Source of the DNA: Octopus bimaculoides
Lineage: Eukaryota
Direction of reading: 5' to 3'
Assembly: GCF_001194135.2 (NCBI RefSeq)
Contig: NC_068986.1
Span: forward strand, 67,661,839-67,703,325
DNA length: 41,487 bases
Positions 38,030 to 41,487 of the stretch are shown piece by piece; the stretch's first letter is position 1; every line of letters starts with the position of its first letter. Under the pieces are notes generated by a model. The model searched no databases, was not told the DNA's origin, and saw only the letters and a program-made list of their open reading frames with translations. Position numbers and translations under genes: made by a program.

Positions 38030-40949
38030 AGCCCACAAACAAACTACAGCTGAAGTACATGGGGCCAGCAGGCTATGTAATCCCAGAATTCTTTCTCTCT
38101 CTCTCTCTCTATTTATCTATCTATCAATCTCTATCTATCTATTTATTTGTCTCTTTATCTTAATACCTCGTAACCTCTATTAGATTATCTTCATGTGCTT
38201 CAGAAAGAAGTAACACATCCTTTACTATTGTTAGATTTTAATCACATGCGTTTGTGATCGAATATGGTTCAATTTAGACTGAATATAGGGAAAGAGATTT
38301 AGCTCTGCAAGAGTTTTCCAACATCCGCTAACACCGATTGTACTTACAAATATAGACTGAAACACATACATATATACTGTTCCATGTACAAACACACAAG
38401 TATACACACTTCCACAAACACACACAAACACACACACATAGACAATTAGATCCATACCGACAAAACAGAGTTTGTTAGAGAGATAGTTTTAGCATGTGTA
38501 AAGCCATTTGTAAAATGTAGTGCCTAGTTCTGTTTTTTTTTTCTGCTTATAGTATTTATATCATAGTAAAGTCCATGATATCTTATCGTGAAGTACCTTC
38601 ATCCAACATATAGCGAAAAAAAGAAGAGATTTTCTTTTCAGATCAACAAAATTCTTCTGTTTCTGTTTACATAGCTTCTAATCTTTTATGCACTGTAAAT
38701 ATCCTTTACTGCTGACACATTTTAGATATATGCACAAAGCAACATAACAAACATTAATCTACCACAAAGTTGTTCTCTCTTCATCTCTTATTTTAATACT
38801 ACAGTGAACTGTAATACATAGAACTCGCTGACACTAAATATATTAGACTGGTCTCTACTCTAGGGAACATGTTTGCACTATTATGCATTTTTCGAAATCC
38901 ACTCCACATATTTACTAGATCTTCTTTAGATTATCTTTAAGAAAACATTTTAACAGTTATTTCAAAATTTATTTTCCACTTCAAACCCTTTTCAATCCTC
39001 TCTAATCCATCGTTTGTCTCTTCGATATCTAATCTTCGAAGTTTAAATCGAAATATTTAAAGCAAGTATTTCATTCTTCAAACGTTTTGGATCCATCCTT
39101 GAATCTGTCATTGACAAATTGGAAATATTGTCTTTAAGGCATGTCTTTGGGGACATATCGTATTAAAACTACAATTGTTAATAAGTCTTATCAAAAATAA
39201 ATCAATAAGGCTGTAAATTTAATATCCAAATGACTAAAACATTGATAAAATTAAATTAGACGTTTTATGTTCATACAAATTGATACTAAAATTGGAAATA
39301 ATTTTTCGAATTTAAAATTCCAAATATTAAAGCCACTGCTTAGTAGGAAATAAAAGATAATCAACAACATAATTGTTTGTAATAGCGCAACTGTTTTAAT
39401 GATTACGATTGAGCTGACTGATGTTTTAATATGAAATAAAATATATAATTTAATATTTTGCATTACATTTCCAGCACTACCTATTTTATTAGGATCATTT
39501 ACACAGATATAAAATATACTATACATTAATTGAATTAATTCTGTAAATAAAATCACATATTTAGCACTGTGGTATACCATATTTCAGTGTTAATCCTGAG
39601 ATATGAGGAGAGATTTGTTCAACAGTCAGAGAAACTTTTGATTTCGAGTCTAGTGAGTGAGTAACAAACATAGTCTCAGTTTCACTGCAGTATACACAAT
39701 TTAACGTAATTTTAAACGTAACTTTAAACTTTAACTTATATATTTTTCTTCTACTAGAGCCAAATAAAGAGCAGAAAGGTTGTAGCGTTTTGTTATGGTA
39801 CATTATTTTCTGGCTTCTGTCCTTAAAACATAGTGCATGGAAGATTGGCTTTGCATAGTGAAGGTATTGTCGCTTTCCGTGCCACTGATAAATTACAGGT
39901 TCTTCATTGTACCACTATTATCAATAGCACTAGTCTAACTTGAAGGAAGGCTGCTTCAGATTTTATGTAAGTGATTGCTATCTAATCCTTTACCAATTTA
40001 ACAAAACTTATCCATACGAAGATTAAATGATTATGCTCTGAGAGAATAAATTGTCTGAGACTAAGCACCACTCAATATTTTCTCGGCACAGCAATTTGAT
40101 GTCAATTTTGTAAATGGTGTCACTTGTATAAACGATACTGTATTATTTTAACATTATCTTGCTTGCATAAACACCCATCTTCTACTGATGTACGCGAACC
40201 TTTTTCTGTGTGTTCGACCATATTCGATCAATAATGTTGTTGCAATTATGTTTCAGAGGGGTTTTATCTGACGAGTATATCTATCCTATTCCAGACACGA
40301 AAAGTCCCTTAATTTTCCTCTTGCTTCAAGAGATGTGATACAATGTTGATATGCTCTACTAAATAATCTATTTACTGCTTGTTTTTAATGCACACAATTA
40401 ATCATCGTTCTCACACTTTACCCACACTAACACAGACTACACCAGTTAGTGTCCTAACCTATTCTTAGATCTAAACTTTCTTCAACTCTTTCTTTCCTTC
40501 AAATTCAGCACTACCCAATCATCGCTGTCTCAGTAGCCATCAAATTATCTGGCCACTATATGATCAAAGCAATCAAAGCAGTATATCTCACATTACCCAA
40601 CGTTAAGCAGCGAAATCCTCTCGTACTTCAATTTAACATTGGTGGTTAAATTTCTGATTATCCTTAGCTCCAATCTATCCTTCATATCTGATTTCTTCAA
40701 TCCTGATTTCTACAAGGCAATTAATATGTGACCACTGCTATCATCCTTTATGATTTTTTCATATCACTAATACGACCAAAGCATATGTGCCTAAAACTAT
40801 CTGCTTTACGTACCTAGATGTTTTGCAGACGCACCTCAACGTCTGTTAGATGATTGTGAGGAAAATCAAGGATGTCATAGAGCAACTGACTATGTGAAAG
40901 CATTCTAGTTTCATAAATTTTAGCAGAGCATTATGTTTTCCTCTAAAAA

Positions 40950-41465
40950 GTGTGTCTATAAGTTTTCTTTCAACCTACCACTCTTCAGTCAATCTATCTA
41001 CGACAATCTTTTGTATTTGTGAAAATGTCGCTTCCAACGCAACACAAATCTCTGAAATCAAATTAATTTCCAACTGTTCTCACTTATTCTCAAATAAATG
41101 CATTTACCTTGAGAATAATCTCCTCTATGCAATTTATGTCAATTAGCTCCTTCCATTAAATTTAGCCGTGCAATTCAAAGTCGTCTGCCCTCTTTACCAA
41201 CACTGTTGGATATTTCATTCTATCCAGGAATTATTCATTTCAGTCAGAAAATCATAAACAGTGATCCCCCCAAACCCACAAAGACTAGATTTGTGTGAAG
41301 CCATGTTCTAACTACTTGTTGCTGTCATTTCACCCCCATCTTAAATGTGACAGAGACGTGAGTAAGCCATCTACAAAACTTCCAGCTTCTCCGTCCGTCT
41401 CCCTTCTCAGTGACATGCAATCATCGTTCCCAAAATCTAATGCTATTCCACAGTAGTGTCCTACA
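40950..41465 (-). mobile_element. Possible very old RTE-like LINE remnant
   Basis: Purine-rich minus strand with faint motif echoes (GEKLEV/VDG near 41370-41400, VLRWKRH near 41025-41045). It needs several indels, so support is weak. Confidence 0.25.
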
Positions 41466-41487
41466 AATATATATATATATATATATA

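Noticed and set aside
39251-39580. 109-aa hydrophobic minus-strand ORF
   Set aside because: Very AT-rich codons explain the I/L/F/N/K bias; no motif or splice context, and it is on the wrong strand for the channel gene.
40257-40312. Acceptor tttcAG followed by EGFYLTSISILFQTRKVP* as a possible M3 start
   Set aside because: Too short, hits a stop after 18 codons, and has no good donor.

Overview
AT-rich, microsatellite-dense eukaryotic genomic DNA from a gapped short-read assembly; nearly every N gap is flanked by (AT)n or (GT)n. The repeat families and simple-repeat density look like an octopod cephalopod (Octopus-like); this is inferred from pattern recognition, not a database match. The only host gene I can support is a partial, + strand, multi-exon Cys-loop (pentameric ligand-gated ion channel) subunit of the nicotinic acetylcholine receptor type. 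Four exons (6335-6379, 11440-11549, 15124-15338, 19266-19595) have canonical AG/GT ends and matching phases, and splice into 233 stop-free codons covering most of the extracellular domain, M1, M2 and the M2-M3 loop. The subunit is atypical: it has no vicinal cysteines in loop C, lacks several aromatic acetylcholine-binding residues, and has an unusually polar and charged outer M2. It is therefore a candidate orphan or chemosensory channel subunit. The signal-peptide/N-terminal exons and the M3-M4 exons were not found. The rest of the window is tRNA-derived SINEs of at least four families (several in inverted arrangements near exons), a TA-flanked MITE, a decayed ~3.3 kb CR1-type LINE whose 3' end matches the tail of the commonest SINE, and simple repeats. 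Most ORFs in the supplied track are artefacts of N runs or dinucleotide repeats.
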